Origin: Eledone cirrhosa
Taxonomy: Eukaryota
DNA: 64,000 bases
Direction of reading: 5' to 3'
Assembly (NCBI GenBank): GCA_964016885.1
Contig: OZ024754.1
Location: 13,330,001 to 13,394,000, forward strand
The position numbers were made by a program, and so were the translations under genes. Positions 12,192 through 24,942 of the stretch are shown here, one piece after another (position 1 is the stretch's first letter; every line of letters starts with the position of its first letter). Below the pieces are notes generated by a model. The model did no database searches. It saw only the letters and a list, made by a program, of their open reading frames with translations, and was not told where the DNA came from.

Positions 12192-12520
12192 ATTCCAAAA
12201 TCCATACTGAACGCGGAAAACATGTTAGAAGCAACCGACTGTAGGGTAGTGGTGTCACTAATATAGTTTGAAGAAGGAATCAATCCTTGACTGAGTAAAG
12301 TAAAAGATATATTAAAGGATGTCGGTAACAAGACAAGATGACCGCTTACAGTACAGATAAATATACATCCCAATCTGATGTGGACCACTTATATTGGAAT
12401 GGAAGAGAAAGAGAAAGGTGATTGGCGAGCATCGAAGACGTGGTAAAACTAGAGAAACAAGCCTGTGGTTGTATCTAAAAAAAGGAGAAGAAATCTTTCT
12501 TAAGTAAGTAGTAAGAAGGG
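12192..12520 (+). pseudogene. Highly degraded R4/Dong-like RT thumb-region fragment
   Basis: Broken translation resembles KSHLNSRN...SDVDRLY...GRGLISIED of the intact ORF (e.g. TCTGATGTGGACCACTTATAT, AGCATCGAAGAC). Confidence 0.6.
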
Positions 12521-12569
12521 CAAAGAACCCCTTTGGTCACAAATGACTCTGAGATTTGCACCTAGAAAG

Positions 12570-12846
12570 TTCCCTCTCCAAGGTCAAGGTCCGGGCAAGA
12601 TGTTTTTGTGGAAGACCAGCAGTCACCCATGCATACCCGCCTCCCCTCTCCACGCCACTCATGTTATCCAAGAGAAAGGCAATGGCCGATACAGTTTGGC
12701 AACAGTGACGTCGCAACTCATTTCTTCATCGGAGTAAAGTGAAATAAAGTGTCTTGCTCAAGAGGACAACGCATCACGTGATCCCAGAATCGAACTCACT
12801 ACCTTCCAGATTGCAAGCCAATCTCTCTAAACACTAAGTCATGCAC
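12570..12846 (-). mobile_element. tRNA-derived SINE (family B)
   Basis: Minus strand has A-box-like TGACTTAGTGT and B box GAGTTCGATTC. Core CTTGAGCAAGACACTTTATTTCAC is shared with 28380-28500. Confidence 0.7.
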
Positions 12847-12861
12847 CATCACAAAGGCGGT

Positions 12862-13057
12862 AATAATGATTTCTAGTATAGGCACAAGGCCAGTAATTTG
12901 GGAGGGGGGAGAAAGTCGATTAAATCGACTCCAGTACGTTACTGGTGCTTTATTTTATCGACCCCCATAAGGATGAAAGGCAAAATTAACCTCGGTGGGA
13001 TTTGAACTCAGACCGTTAAGGACCATAACTCTATGCTGTAAAGCATGGTGTCTGACT
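12862..13057 (-). mobile_element. tRNA-derived SINE (family A, long variant)
   Basis: Reverse complement of the family A core and B box. Confidence 0.8.
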
Positions 13058-13244
13058 GCACCACACACAGAGGTGGTAATAATCAAAGAGTTATATACAG
13101 TGTCGAAATGTTATAACACACTGAAAAGAGATTTCTTTAATTCATTATGTTATTAAAGTCTGTTCCAAATTGTGAACAAACCGTTATTTCTTCATTGTTA
13201 TTCAATCACAGTGCAGCTGCTTTTTTCCGTATGCCAGGCAATCA

Positions 13245-13770
13245 TCTATATATATAAAGCTGTGGTTGTCTGTCTGTCTATCGATTTTTGGCACACATCT
13301 CCTCTTAGAATCTCTCACGGAATTGCACCGAAATTGCTATACTTGTACATTGAGCCCTAGCGAAGACATCGGAAAAAAATATTTCAAATTGACCCACCCT
13401 ATGTGACGAAATCGAATCTAATGTATCGATTTTTGAGCGTAAGTGACGAGTTATTTCCCTTTGTTCTGTTTACATTGAGCGTCTTACGTTGTTTTTCTCT
13501 GCGTTGCAGTGTTTACATTTTCGATCTTTGTTAATAAATAACCAGTGCAGTTTTTATCCCCAGCATCCTCTTTTGTTATAACATTCGGGTTATCGTTATG
13601 TTTTCTTAACTTCATAAGGCATATTGTTGGTTGAGGGAATATTAATCAAAAACACCACATGCAAGTCTGCACAGTAGACACTACAGTTTTTAAGCCAAAA
13701 AAGAAACTTAACATTGTAACTTTAACACAGCTACTGAGCGACCCCGAGCAACGCCGAGCTTTACTGCTAG
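13245..13770 (+). mobile_element. Non-autonomous Helitron
   Basis: 5' A|TCTATATATATAAAG; subterminal CCCCGAGCAACGCCGAG hairpin-like motif; 3' CTAG|T. No TSD, inserted at AT. Confidence 0.8.
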
Positions 13771-14050
13771 TATATAAATAAAATCAACTAATCCTTCATT
13801 TATTCACTAAGTATTTACACTCTCCCATACAAGATATAAACGTAATGTCGGATACAGCTTCCAATTGCTGTTTCCACGTTGTAAATTGATGTCGTCTAAT
13901 GACGACATCATGCGAAGATACATTACTTTAGAATATCTATTCTGAGGATGGCTAAATGTGTGACCGAATTTCATTACTCTGGGAAATGTATTACTACAGC
14001 TGTTTGTATATATATATGTGTGTGTGTGTGTATGTGTTTTTATATGTTAG

Positions 14051-14082
<32 letters not shown>

Positions 14083-14244
14083 TGTGTGTGTGTGTGTGTG
14101 TTTATCCCGGACTCAATCAGGGGTAACCACAGTAAATAAGGTACTCAATACATAGTATATATATATATATGTATATATATATTTTTTTTATATATATATA
14201 TGTATATATATATATATGTATATATGTATATATATATATATATC

Positions 14245-14704
14245 TTTAGGTTTGTTGGTTCACCACTGGATAGAACTGGTCATTCCGTATGGTCAATCCT
14301 GGTGTAATATTGTGAAGAGTACTCAACGCAGTGCAGTTCACCCATCTTCGTTTGTGTAGTTGGTGGTGCGAATACGGAATTAATTATAAATAAAATAAAA
14401 TAACAGGTGGCTGGACTGGTGTAAATCCTTGAAAGGTTTATTATACTATGATCATTTCAATGACCGGGTTCCATATGAATCCAGTGATATCATCAAGTAT
14501 TGGAATATAACAAAGGAATACGTAAAAAACCATGGGTCCGAAAATTCAGAGACAGAGACAAAGAGGACGACTGACCAACTAGCTGCTCGGCCAGTCGCCA
14601 TCAAAGTGGTGGCAACTGAATCTACTAATGAACATCTGGTGAGGGGGCGAAGGCTTATAATGCACTACCACCTCTCCGTCAAAGAAAAAGGGAAAGAAAG
14701 AAAG
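14245..14704 (-). mobile_element. Hammerhead-bearing element in (TA)n (same family as 22875-23284)
   Basis: Homologous to 22875-23284. Minus-strand hammerhead at ~14443-14500: ATAC-TTGATGA-stem II-GAAA-TGATCA-TA-GTAT (C3 changed to U). Confidence 0.7.
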
Positions 14705-14723
14705 TATATATATATATATATAT

Positions 14724-15332
14724 ATGGTGGCTGCCAACTCGTTTTCGAGTACGGCCACTACTTTACATCCATGTAGGAGAACCCCTACCGATGCGCTGAA
14801 CGAGTGTTACTTTTTAGTCCAGCCAGCTCTGAAAACTCTGGTACAAACACTACACCTGTGACAATTATTGATACATAGTGCAGGGCCCATGGTACCATGT
14901 AACGACAAGTGCAGAGAGATCTCCAGATATAAAGCAATGCCTGTGCCGTGAAGCTTTTGTAGTGAGAAAAGGCACTGCACAAAGCCAGTCCGACTCTCGT
15001 AACCAAGATGATATTTACCAAAAAGAAGAACAAGTCAACATCATTGGATACCATCAGGGTTGCAGGTGTTATATCAGAGTTTTCCTTCTCCTAGAATTCT
15101 TCCTTGACAAAGGTTAAGGGGTCATCTCTCCCGGTGATTTTGGATGGCCATTGACTCTTAAGAGCTCCTTTGCCCTTTGACAGGTTTTGTTTTTAGTCCT
15201 GCAGGATGTCCAAAGTCACTCTCCTCACCAAGAAACCTTGGTGGGCTTGCCAGTTTAGTCGCCAACGACCCGACCATGAGACAGGTTGTACTGGAATACA
15301 TGTTACCAGTAGCACCAACTGGTGACCTGACA
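14724..15332 (-). mobile_element. ~600-bp non-autonomous bipartite RTE-like retroelement
   Basis: Repeated at 29668, 58623 and 59242. Minus strand has CTAGGAGAAGGAAAACTCTGA (recalled as an RTE 5'-UTR motif) and a remnant C2H2 finger near the 3' end. Confidence 0.65.
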
Positions 15333-16117
15333 TATGTATACATACATACATGTATATATACACACATACATGTATATATACATACATACATGTATATATA
15401 CATACATGTATATATACATACATACATGTATATATACATACATATTACCAGTAGCACCAACTGGTGACCTGACATATGTATACATACATACATGATTATA
15501 TATACACACATATATGTATATATACATACATACATGTATATATACATACATGTATATATACACACATACATGTATATATACATACATACATAGTTATATA
15601 CATACATGTATATATACATACATATCTATATACACACATGTATATATACATACATACATGTATATATACATACATGATGGCTGCCCCCATATTACCAGTA
15701 GCACCAACTGGTGACCTGACATATGTATACATACATACATGATTATATATACACACATACATGTATATATACACACATACATGTATATATACATACATAC
15801 ATATATATATACATACATGTATATATACATACATGTATATATATACACACATGTATATATACATACATACATGTATATATACATACATGTATATATAAAT
15901 ACATGTATATATACACACATGTATATATACATACATACATGATGGCTGCCCCCATATATATATATATATATATTTTCTAGCAGTCTCTCTCTCTGTTAGC
16001 CTCTTCCTCACCCTTCACTCACTCATTCTCTGTCAATACCTCTCCTCCTCCTCTTTCTTCCCGTTTGACCTGTGTGTAATTCTTTTCTCGCGCACTCTTG
16101 GCCAAGCTGGTATGAAT

Positions 16118-16173
<56 letters not shown>

Positions 16174-16779
16174 ACGATTTCACAGAACTTATGTTTACCG
16201 AATTCGCAGACCAGACCCCTTCTTCTTCCCCCCGTTAGACCTGTGCGAAATTCCTTCCTTGCTCACATTTCAACCAGGTTTGATGGTCTTTATTCTCTCG
16301 TTCACGATTTCACCGAATTTAAATTCATAGAAATCTGGGACTTGACTCCTTCTTCCTCACTTTCTGTTGCTTAAACCATTTTGTTTGTTTACCCTCGCGT
16401 CCCCTTTATTTGCGTGTCCCAACGACTTTTTTTAGCCGTTGCTCGCACCAACCGGAGGTATATGGTCTTTAAAGCGATGAAATGCCTATGATGGTTGAAA
16501 GATCACTGATGAAGGACAAACTTTTTCATATGTAACCCATTTGCAACGCCGCAGCTCCATTATTATCATATTTACATATATATATATATATACACACACA
16601 CACATTATATATTGTTTATGTATAGAGAAAGAAAGAGACAGATAACGAAGGAAAGTGATTAACTATCTGTCAATTAAGCAGTATATCATTTCGAGAATGT
16701 TCGTCTATTCATCTTTTCTATTCTCCATCTATCGATATGTTCCCATATGTTTAGTTATCTAATTATCTAATTTCCTATG

Positions 16780-17720
<941 letters not shown>

Positions 17721-17942
17721 TGTGCACGTTTATGTTTATGTGTATCCATTTATGTACATATGCCTACAAATAGAGATGGACAGATGTAAATGAATGCGTG
17801 TGCTACACTGTGTAGATAAAGAGAGGGAGGTGAAAGAAAGAAAGAAAGAAACAAAGAAACAAAGAAACAAAGAAACAAACAAAGAAAGAAACAAAGAAAC
17901 AAAGAAAGTGAGAAAGAGAGAAAGAAGGAAAGAAAGAAAGAA

Positions 17943-17973
<31 letters not shown>

Positions 17974-18530
17974 GGAAGGAAAGTTAGAAAGAAAGGAAGT
18001 TATATTCAGCTGCACACTGATCAAGGAAACAATAGATTTCAGATGAGGTATCAATAGCTCATGCTAATAATTTCGACAATAATATTCTCAAGAGAAGACA
18101 ATTAGAACTTGTGACCAATTTATTGATGTCTCTCATCAAACATTTGTGACTAATTTACCAGTTCTATGCTTCTCTAAAGATAATCGAAATACCATATCCA
18201 TTCCATGGCAATATTTTACTGTACCACTATTTAGCACATTATCTCAATTCAAGCATTTAACATTTCGTTCATGGCTTTTACCTGAACGCCAGTGAGCAAA
18301 TAATAACTTCCTATTATCACTCTGTCTTCCTATACACATGCCTTGTGTGTATATATCGATCTATATATTATGTATGTATACACGTATTGATAACGTATAC
18401 GCAAGTACACAAGTACACAAGTACATATTTACCCACACTCTCATGCAAATATATATACATATTTATATGCATACAAAATTTTCTTTGTATGTATAATTTG
18501 TATGTATGTGTTTATATATATATGTATATA

Positions 18531-18635
<105 letters not shown>

Positions 18636-18648
18636 GTATATATATATA

Positions 18649-18715
<67 letters not shown>

Positions 18716-18721
<6 letters not shown>

Positions 18722-19316
18722 ATACTTGGGGAGGGTCATATTTGTGTAATATTGCCAGAATTAATAACAGAACACACTCACTGTTTGGTTGGTTTTCGCT
18801 TCTCGCTTCTGTGTCTTTTATATCGGTAATCTAACTTACTCGGTCCTCAATGTTGCCATTGACTGACCGACGGTCAAAAATAATACAGATACAATATAGA
18901 CACAAACATAATATATATATAGTTTATCATAAATCTTTCGTTGCACATCTGCAACATCGTCAGTGGTGCTATATTTTCCTCCTGTTGTATTGTATGTCTA
19001 CGCCATTTTTATTCAGTCTGTCTATTGCAGATGTGCAACGAAAGATTTATGATAAACTATATATATGTGTGTGTGTCTATATTGTATCTGTATTATTTTT
19101 GACCGTCGGTCAGTCAATGGCAACATTGAGGACGGAGTAAGTTAGATTACCGATATAAAAGACACAGAAGCGAGAAGCGAAAACCAACCAAACAGTGAGT
19201 GTGTTCTGTTATTAATTCTGGCAATATTACACAAATATGACCCTCCCCAAGTATAACAATATTTGTTTCGACACACGATTTCATATAAAAAACCTCGCAA
19301 AACTAATTCATCGCCG

Positions 19317-19317
<1 letters not shown>
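18716..19317. mobile_element. Hammerhead-bearing inverted-repeat element in (TA)n
   Basis: ~18716-18954 is the reverse complement of ~19026-19262. Full hammerhead core on minus at ~18917-18974: CTGACGA-T-GTTGCA-GATG-TGCAAC-GAAA-GATT-TA; stem I weak. A ~55-bp tail follows the right arm only. Confidence 0.75.
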
Positions 19318-19388
<71 letters not shown>

Positions 19389-19390
19389 AC

Positions 19391-19561
<171 letters not shown>

Positions 19562-19598
19562 TAGATAGATACATATATATACATATATATAAATATAA

Positions 19599-19633
<35 letters not shown>

Positions 19634-19674
19634 AACACATACATACAAATTATACATACAAAGAAAATATATAT

Positions 19675-20252
19675 ATATATATATAAAAAACTTAGGATGT
19701 CTGTCTGTGTGTGTGTGAGTTTGAATCCCTAAAACTAGAGAACCACCCAACCAACTGTTTTTAAACTTTACACATGCAATACTTATGTTTCAGGGAGTGT
19801 TCTGAGCAAAACAAAATTTCAAATTTTCAATGCCCTAGGGACCGCATTAGGCGATTTAGCAATCTCTCTCTATAATTCTTAGTCTTTCTCTTTTTAGATA
19901 GATACATACATATAACGTCGCGCCCTTATAATATATGTCTGTATGTCTAGCTGTCTGCATTACGTCACTTTCTACAATTCGCTCTGCGTCCAGAACGCGC
20001 CCTTATAATATCTGTCTCTATGTCTGGCTGGCTGCTGCCTCCGGTTATTCTGCCACCCTTGCTCAAGACAAATCTCACACTCATTCCCCAAACAGTTGGT
20101 AAGTGCACACAACTTCTTCCTCGCGTTTTAAGCCACAGTGTTGCTTACTTACGTACCACCGTACCTTTGAAGGCCGTGGTTGTGGCAATACTAAGCTTAG
20201 CTAAGGCAGTTATATATTTCACAATACCTTATCCTGTGCAACGCCGGGTACC
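19675..20252 (+). mobile_element. Probable non-autonomous Helitron lacking terminal CTAG
   Basis: Start TATATAAAAA...GTCTGTCTG resembles the 13245 element. Subterminal CCTGTGCAACGCCGGG at 20233-20248. Confidence 0.55.
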
Positions 20253-20254
20253 AA

Positions 20255-20371
20255 GAAAGCCATTTCCTGATGAAACAGTTCTAGTCCTGTAGAAGCCATT
20301 TCTATATCAAATATCTATACTCTGCTATGTATTGAGTACCTTACTCACTGTGGTTACCCCCTATTGAACCC

Positions 20372-20413
<42 letters not shown>

Positions 20414-20624
20414 GAAATGACTTCTACAGGACTAAAAGTGTTTCAATCGTAAGAAATCATCATAAAAATTTCCTGATGATTTCTTATGAATGAAACCATT
20501 CTAGTCCTGTAGGAGTCAGTTCTATAATAAAATACAGATGCCTATACTCTACTAACGTATTGAGTACCTGTTTTAATTGTGGGTCATCTCCCGATACACA
20601 TTGGAATTCCACCTATTATATTCA

Positions 20625-20628
<4 letters not shown>
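20255..20628 (+). mobile_element. Two related degenerate hammerhead-like islands separated by (TA)n
   Basis: Both contain ATTTCCTGATGA...TTCTAGTCCTGTAG and TATTGAGTACC. The second has an inverted arm 20413-20462 / 20474-20523 and CTGATGA-TTTCTTATGAAT-GAAA. Confidence 0.5.
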
Positions 20629-20706
<78 letters not shown>

Positions 20707-20712
<6 letters not shown>

Positions 20713-21095
20713 TAACAGATTAAAGTTTAAGCAAAGAATCGCTGCTTTCACCCTTAACGGGATCTTCTGAATAAATATTTGCTCTACGGTTCTTATATAT
20801 TTTATATATATTTATCTTTATCGAGCCCTCTTTGGATTTTAGTCTTCGTATTTATTATTATTACTATATATATATATATGTATATATATATAGTTAAAAG
20901 AATAGAGGTGTAACACACAAGTTATTATATATTGGTAAACGGAATAGAAAATGCTGACAAATTGTTCACAGTTGAAAAATGGTTTAATTAGGAATAAATC
21001 CTAATTAAACCATTTTTCAACTGTGAACAATTTGTCAGCATTTTCTATTCCGTTTACCAATATATAATAACTTGTGTGTTACACCTCTATTCTTT

Positions 21096-21146
<51 letters not shown>

Positions 21147-21297
21147 TAATAATAATAAATATGAAGACTAAAATCCAAAGAGGGCTCGATAAGGATAAAT
21201 ATATATAAAATATATAAGAACCGTAGAGCAAATATTTATTCAGAAGATCCCGTTAAGGGTGAAAGCAGCGATTCTTTGCTTAAACTTTAATCTGTTA

Positions 21298-21303
<6 letters not shown>
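20707..21303. repeat. ~600-bp near-perfect palindrome with 5-nt loop
   Basis: Centre TTAGGA-ATAAA-TCCTAA (loop 20994-20998). Arms match except for a few substitutions and internal (TA)n length. Confidence 0.95.
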
Positions 21304-21378
<75 letters not shown>

Positions 21379-21399
21379 CAGTTGTTGTTGGACTGGCGA

Positions 21400-21605
21400 C
21401 TAGTTCTCCCCTTGATTCAATTACAGGTACAGTTCATCCGATGGGCCACCAAAGAGTTTTCGTTTCCGTCTAGCCAGTTACCTCTCTTACAAGGTATGGG
21501 TCAACGAGAGACTATCGTATGTGACACTTGACCAATGAGTCACGCAGCAGGATTGAACTCAAGGCCTAATGATTGCGAGGCGAAATTCTTAACCATTCGG
21601 CCATA
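21400..21605 (-). mobile_element. Degenerate tRNA-derived SINE
   Basis: Minus strand TGGCCGAATGG (A box) and GAGTTCAATCC (B box). Confidence 0.6.
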
Positions 21606-22259
21606 TCTGTAACCACAGAAACACTATCAATAAATATTTAACGACTGATTTGTTGCCTTGCTGAGCCAATTTCAATTTTCTGCCGTGGTTCAATCTCCTT
21701 ACGATGTCAAGCTTGAGTTATATCCAATGGTGTAGAATATGCCAAGTCCGCTTAAGGCATGGATAAACGCGACATCTAAATGGTAGTAAACCTTCCATCA
21801 AAGGACCATTGTAATTAAAAAGAAAATACTAAACAAGACACTAACTCACTGCATTTTTATGCAGCCACACTGAAACACGTTATCAGATTCACAAAGAGAC
21901 ATTGGACGGCGTGTCGAAAGTTCTTATCGATGGAAGATTGCAATAGTTTCTCACTTGTTTTATATAAGCATTAAGAAAGACTATTTATCATGCTACAGAT
22001 GAATGGACAGAATAGAAATATTGGTGATCAAGTTACGTGTTAATGTTGTAGTGTTTGTATTGTATGTTATTTATAAGTAAGTCTGTGTAGTTAGACATCA
22101 CTACGTTGGGTTATGTTACCAAATGCTTTTATGTGACTATATACTTGTCTTGATAACTGTACATACATGTACACACATACACACACACATCCAGGCACAC
22201 ACACAGATATTTACATACACACCACACAGACAGTGCGATGAGAATATATTCTCATCGCA

Positions 22260-22334
<75 letters not shown>

Positions 22335-22400
22335 TCCCTCACTGTCTCTTTCATCTCTCTCTCTATATATATATATAAATATGTATGTATATATACATTT

Positions 22401-22826
22401 CAGAGGGCGATAGCCCCGGTATTTGAATAACTACGGCTTCCTAAAACCGTATTTCTTTAGAAATACGAAATTTCTATACATAATGTATAAAGCTATGCTT
22501 GAAGCGAAATCTTATTTCTTTTCTATTATAAGTTGACCCAACTTATGCAGCTTCATATGCAAATGAGATTAATCACCTTATTTACACAGACGAGAAAATT
22601 AAATATTCTCGGCTGTTTTCAAGTCCAACAGTAGCAAGCAGTGGGAGGAACCGTCCTGACGAAGGCCAGTCAAGCTTGAAATGCATAGACAGTTGTCCCC
22701 CTTACTTCTGGTGGACACCACCAGAGGGCGTTAGCATGGCTACGGCTTCCTAAAACCGTATTTCTTTAGAAATACGAAATTTCTATACATATTGTATAAA
22801 GCTATGCTTGAAGCGAAATCTTATTT

Positions 22827-22829
<3 letters not shown>
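22401..22829 (+). mobile_element. Hammerhead-bearing element with 90-bp terminal direct repeats (309-bp period)
   Basis: 22431-22520 is repeated at 22740-22829. Hammerhead lies in the middle. (TA)n at the 3' end. Confidence 0.75.
22649..22694 (+). ncRNA. Type I hammerhead ribozyme motif
   Basis: Stem I AACCGTC/GACAGTT (1 mismatch); CTGACGA 22656-22662; stem II AGGC/GCTT; GAAA 22678-22681; palindromic stem III ATGCAT; AUA site, predicted cut after 22687. Confidence 0.75.
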
Positions 22830-22874
<45 letters not shown>

Positions 22875-22876
<2 letters not shown>

Positions 22877-23284
22877 GGTTTGTTGGTTCACCACTGGATA
22901 GACTTGGTCATTCCGTATGGTCAATCTCGATGTAATATTATGGAGAGTACTCAACGTAATGCAGCTCATCCGTCTTCGTTTGTGTAGTCGGTGGTGCGAG
23001 TACGGAATTAATTATTATAATAAAATAACAGGAGGCTGGACTGGTGTAAATCATTGAAATGCCAACACTTGAGGGCGACCGAATGAGCTAGAAGATGCTA
23101 GATGGTCGGTCGTCCACTTGTCCATGATTTTCAGCCCCATGGATTTTATCTGTTATATTCCTTTGTTATATTTCGAATACCTGATGATATCACCGGATTC
23201 ATACTGAACCCGGTCATTGAAATGATCATAGTATAATAAACCTTTCAAGGATTTACACCAGTCCAGCCTCCTGTTATTTTATTA
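22875..23284. mobile_element. Hammerhead-bearing element with internal inversion in (TA)n
   Basis: 22875-23059 is colinear with 14245-14434; 23060-23284 is inverted relative to the 14 kb copy. 39-bp inverted repeat 23021-23059 / 23243-23281. Confidence 0.75.
23177..23234 (+). ncRNA. Type I hammerhead ribozyme motif
   Basis: Stem I ATAC/GTAT; CTGATGA 23181-23187; stem II ACCGG-A-TTCA-TAC-TGAA-C-CCGGT; GAAA 23219-23222; palindromic stem III ATGATCAT; AUA site; AATAAA immediately after. Confidence 0.75.
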
Positions 23285-23330
23285 TATATATATATAAGGA
23301 GAGGCACAGAAACAAAGAAAGGAATCCCCA

Positions 23331-23373
23331 GTCACTGAAGAGGTCACAGAGTGTGTGACGAAAGAACTATGAC
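23331..23373 (+). ncRNA. Minimal type I hammerhead ribozyme motif within a ~225-bp island (23296-23522)
   Basis: Stem I GTCA/TGAC; CTGAAGA 23335-23341; extra G; stem II GTCACA/TGTGAC; GAAA 23360-23363; stem III AG-AA-CT; CUA site. The island ends ATGACCCTCCCAAAGTATAACAAT, like the 18716 and 30823 family. Confidence 0.75.
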
Positions 23374-23516
23374 GATATATAAACAACTATCTGGTTGTGG
23401 AACCAACCAACCAACCAGAAATTTATAAATTTATAAATTTATAAATATATAATAAATTGAAGTGAAAGCAACTGGTGCGTGTGTTTCTTATTGGCAACAT
23501 GACCCTCCCAAAGTAT

Positions 23517-23582
<66 letters not shown>

Positions 23583-23739
23583 TAGGTTATATCCTCGTAG
23601 TGGTGACTGACATCTTTTCTATCTCTAAACGCATTTACCCTATCTTATGAACTATTTTATAAACTATTTTATAGCAACTGCCTCTACTTGCAGTTATTTT
23701 CTGCGTTTGAACATCCTACACCTTCCATAAATATATCTA

Positions 23740-24942
23740 CATGTGTGTGTATGTGTGTTTCTGAGTGTGTGTGTGCGAGCGTGTGTGTTTCTGAGTGTGT
23801 GTGCGAGCGTGTATGTGTTCGTGAGTGTGTGTGTGCGAGCGTGTGTGTTTTGGTGAGTGTGTGTGCGAGCGTGTATGTGTTTGTGAGTGTGTGTGTGCGA
23901 GCGTGTGTGTGTTTGTGAGTGTGTGTGTGCGTGTGTGTGTTTGTGAGTGTGTGTGCGAGCGTGGTGTGTTTGTGAGTGTGTGTGCGAGCGTGTATGTGTT
24001 TCAGAGTGTGTGTGTGTGCGAGCGTGTGTGTGTTTGTGAGTGTGTGTGTGTGTGTGCGAGCGTGTATGTGTTTGTGAGTGTGTGTGTGCGAGCGTGTGTG
24101 TGTTTGTGAGTGTGTGTGTGCGTGTGTGTGTTTGTGAGTGTGTGTGCGAGCGTGTGTGTGTTTGTGAGTGTGTGTGTGCGTGTGTGTGTTTGTGAGTGTG
24201 TGTGCGAGCGTGTGTGTGTTTGTGAGTGTGTGTGTGTGTGTGCGAGCGTGTATGTGTTTGTGAGTGTATGTGCGAGTGTGTATTTCAGAGTGTGTGTGTG
24301 TGCGTGCGTGTGTTTGTTTGTGAGTGTGTGTGCGAGCGTGTATAGGTTTCAGAGTGTGTGTGTGTGTGCGAGCGTGTGTGTGTTTGTGAGTGTGTGTGTG
24401 TGTGCGAGCGTGTATGTGCTTGTGAGTGTGTGTGCGAGTGTGTGTTTCAGAGTGTGTGTGTGTGTGTGCGTGCGTGTGTGTGTTTGTGAGTGTGTGTGTG
24501 TGCGAGCGTGTGTGTGTTCGTGAGTGTGTGTGCGAGCGTGTGTGTGTTTGTGAGTGTGTGTGTGTGCGAGCGTGTGTGTGTTCGTGAGTGTGTGTGCGAG
24601 CGTGTGTGTGTTTCAGAGTGTGTGTGTGTGCGTGCGTGTGTGTGTTTGTGAGTGTGTGAGCGAGCGTGTGTGTGTTTGAGAGTGTGTGTGAGCAAGCGCG
24701 TGTGTGTTTGAGAGTGTGTGTGTATGTGCGAGCGTGTGTGTGTTTGAGAGTGTGTATGTGTGTATGCGAGCGTGTGTGTGTTTGTGAGTGTGTGTGTGCG
24801 AGCGTGTGTGTGTGTTTCAGAGTGTGTGTGTGTGCAAGAGCGTGTGTGTTTGTGAGTGTGTGTGTGCGAGCGTGTGTGTGTGTGTGTGCAAGAGCGTGTG
24901 TGTTTGTGAGTGTGTGCGTGTGAATGTGTATGTGTATGTGTA
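23740..24942. repeat. GT-rich compound minisatellite (GTGTGTGCGAGC / TTTGTGAGT units)
   Basis: Direct inspection. Confidence 0.9.

Noticed and set aside
13888-13909. Perfect hairpin GATGTCGTC-TAAT-GACGACATC
   Set aside because: Isolated, with no context; not a terminator in eukaryotic DNA.
16500-16540. CTGATGA core at 16506
   Set aside because: No stem II followed by GAAA downstream.
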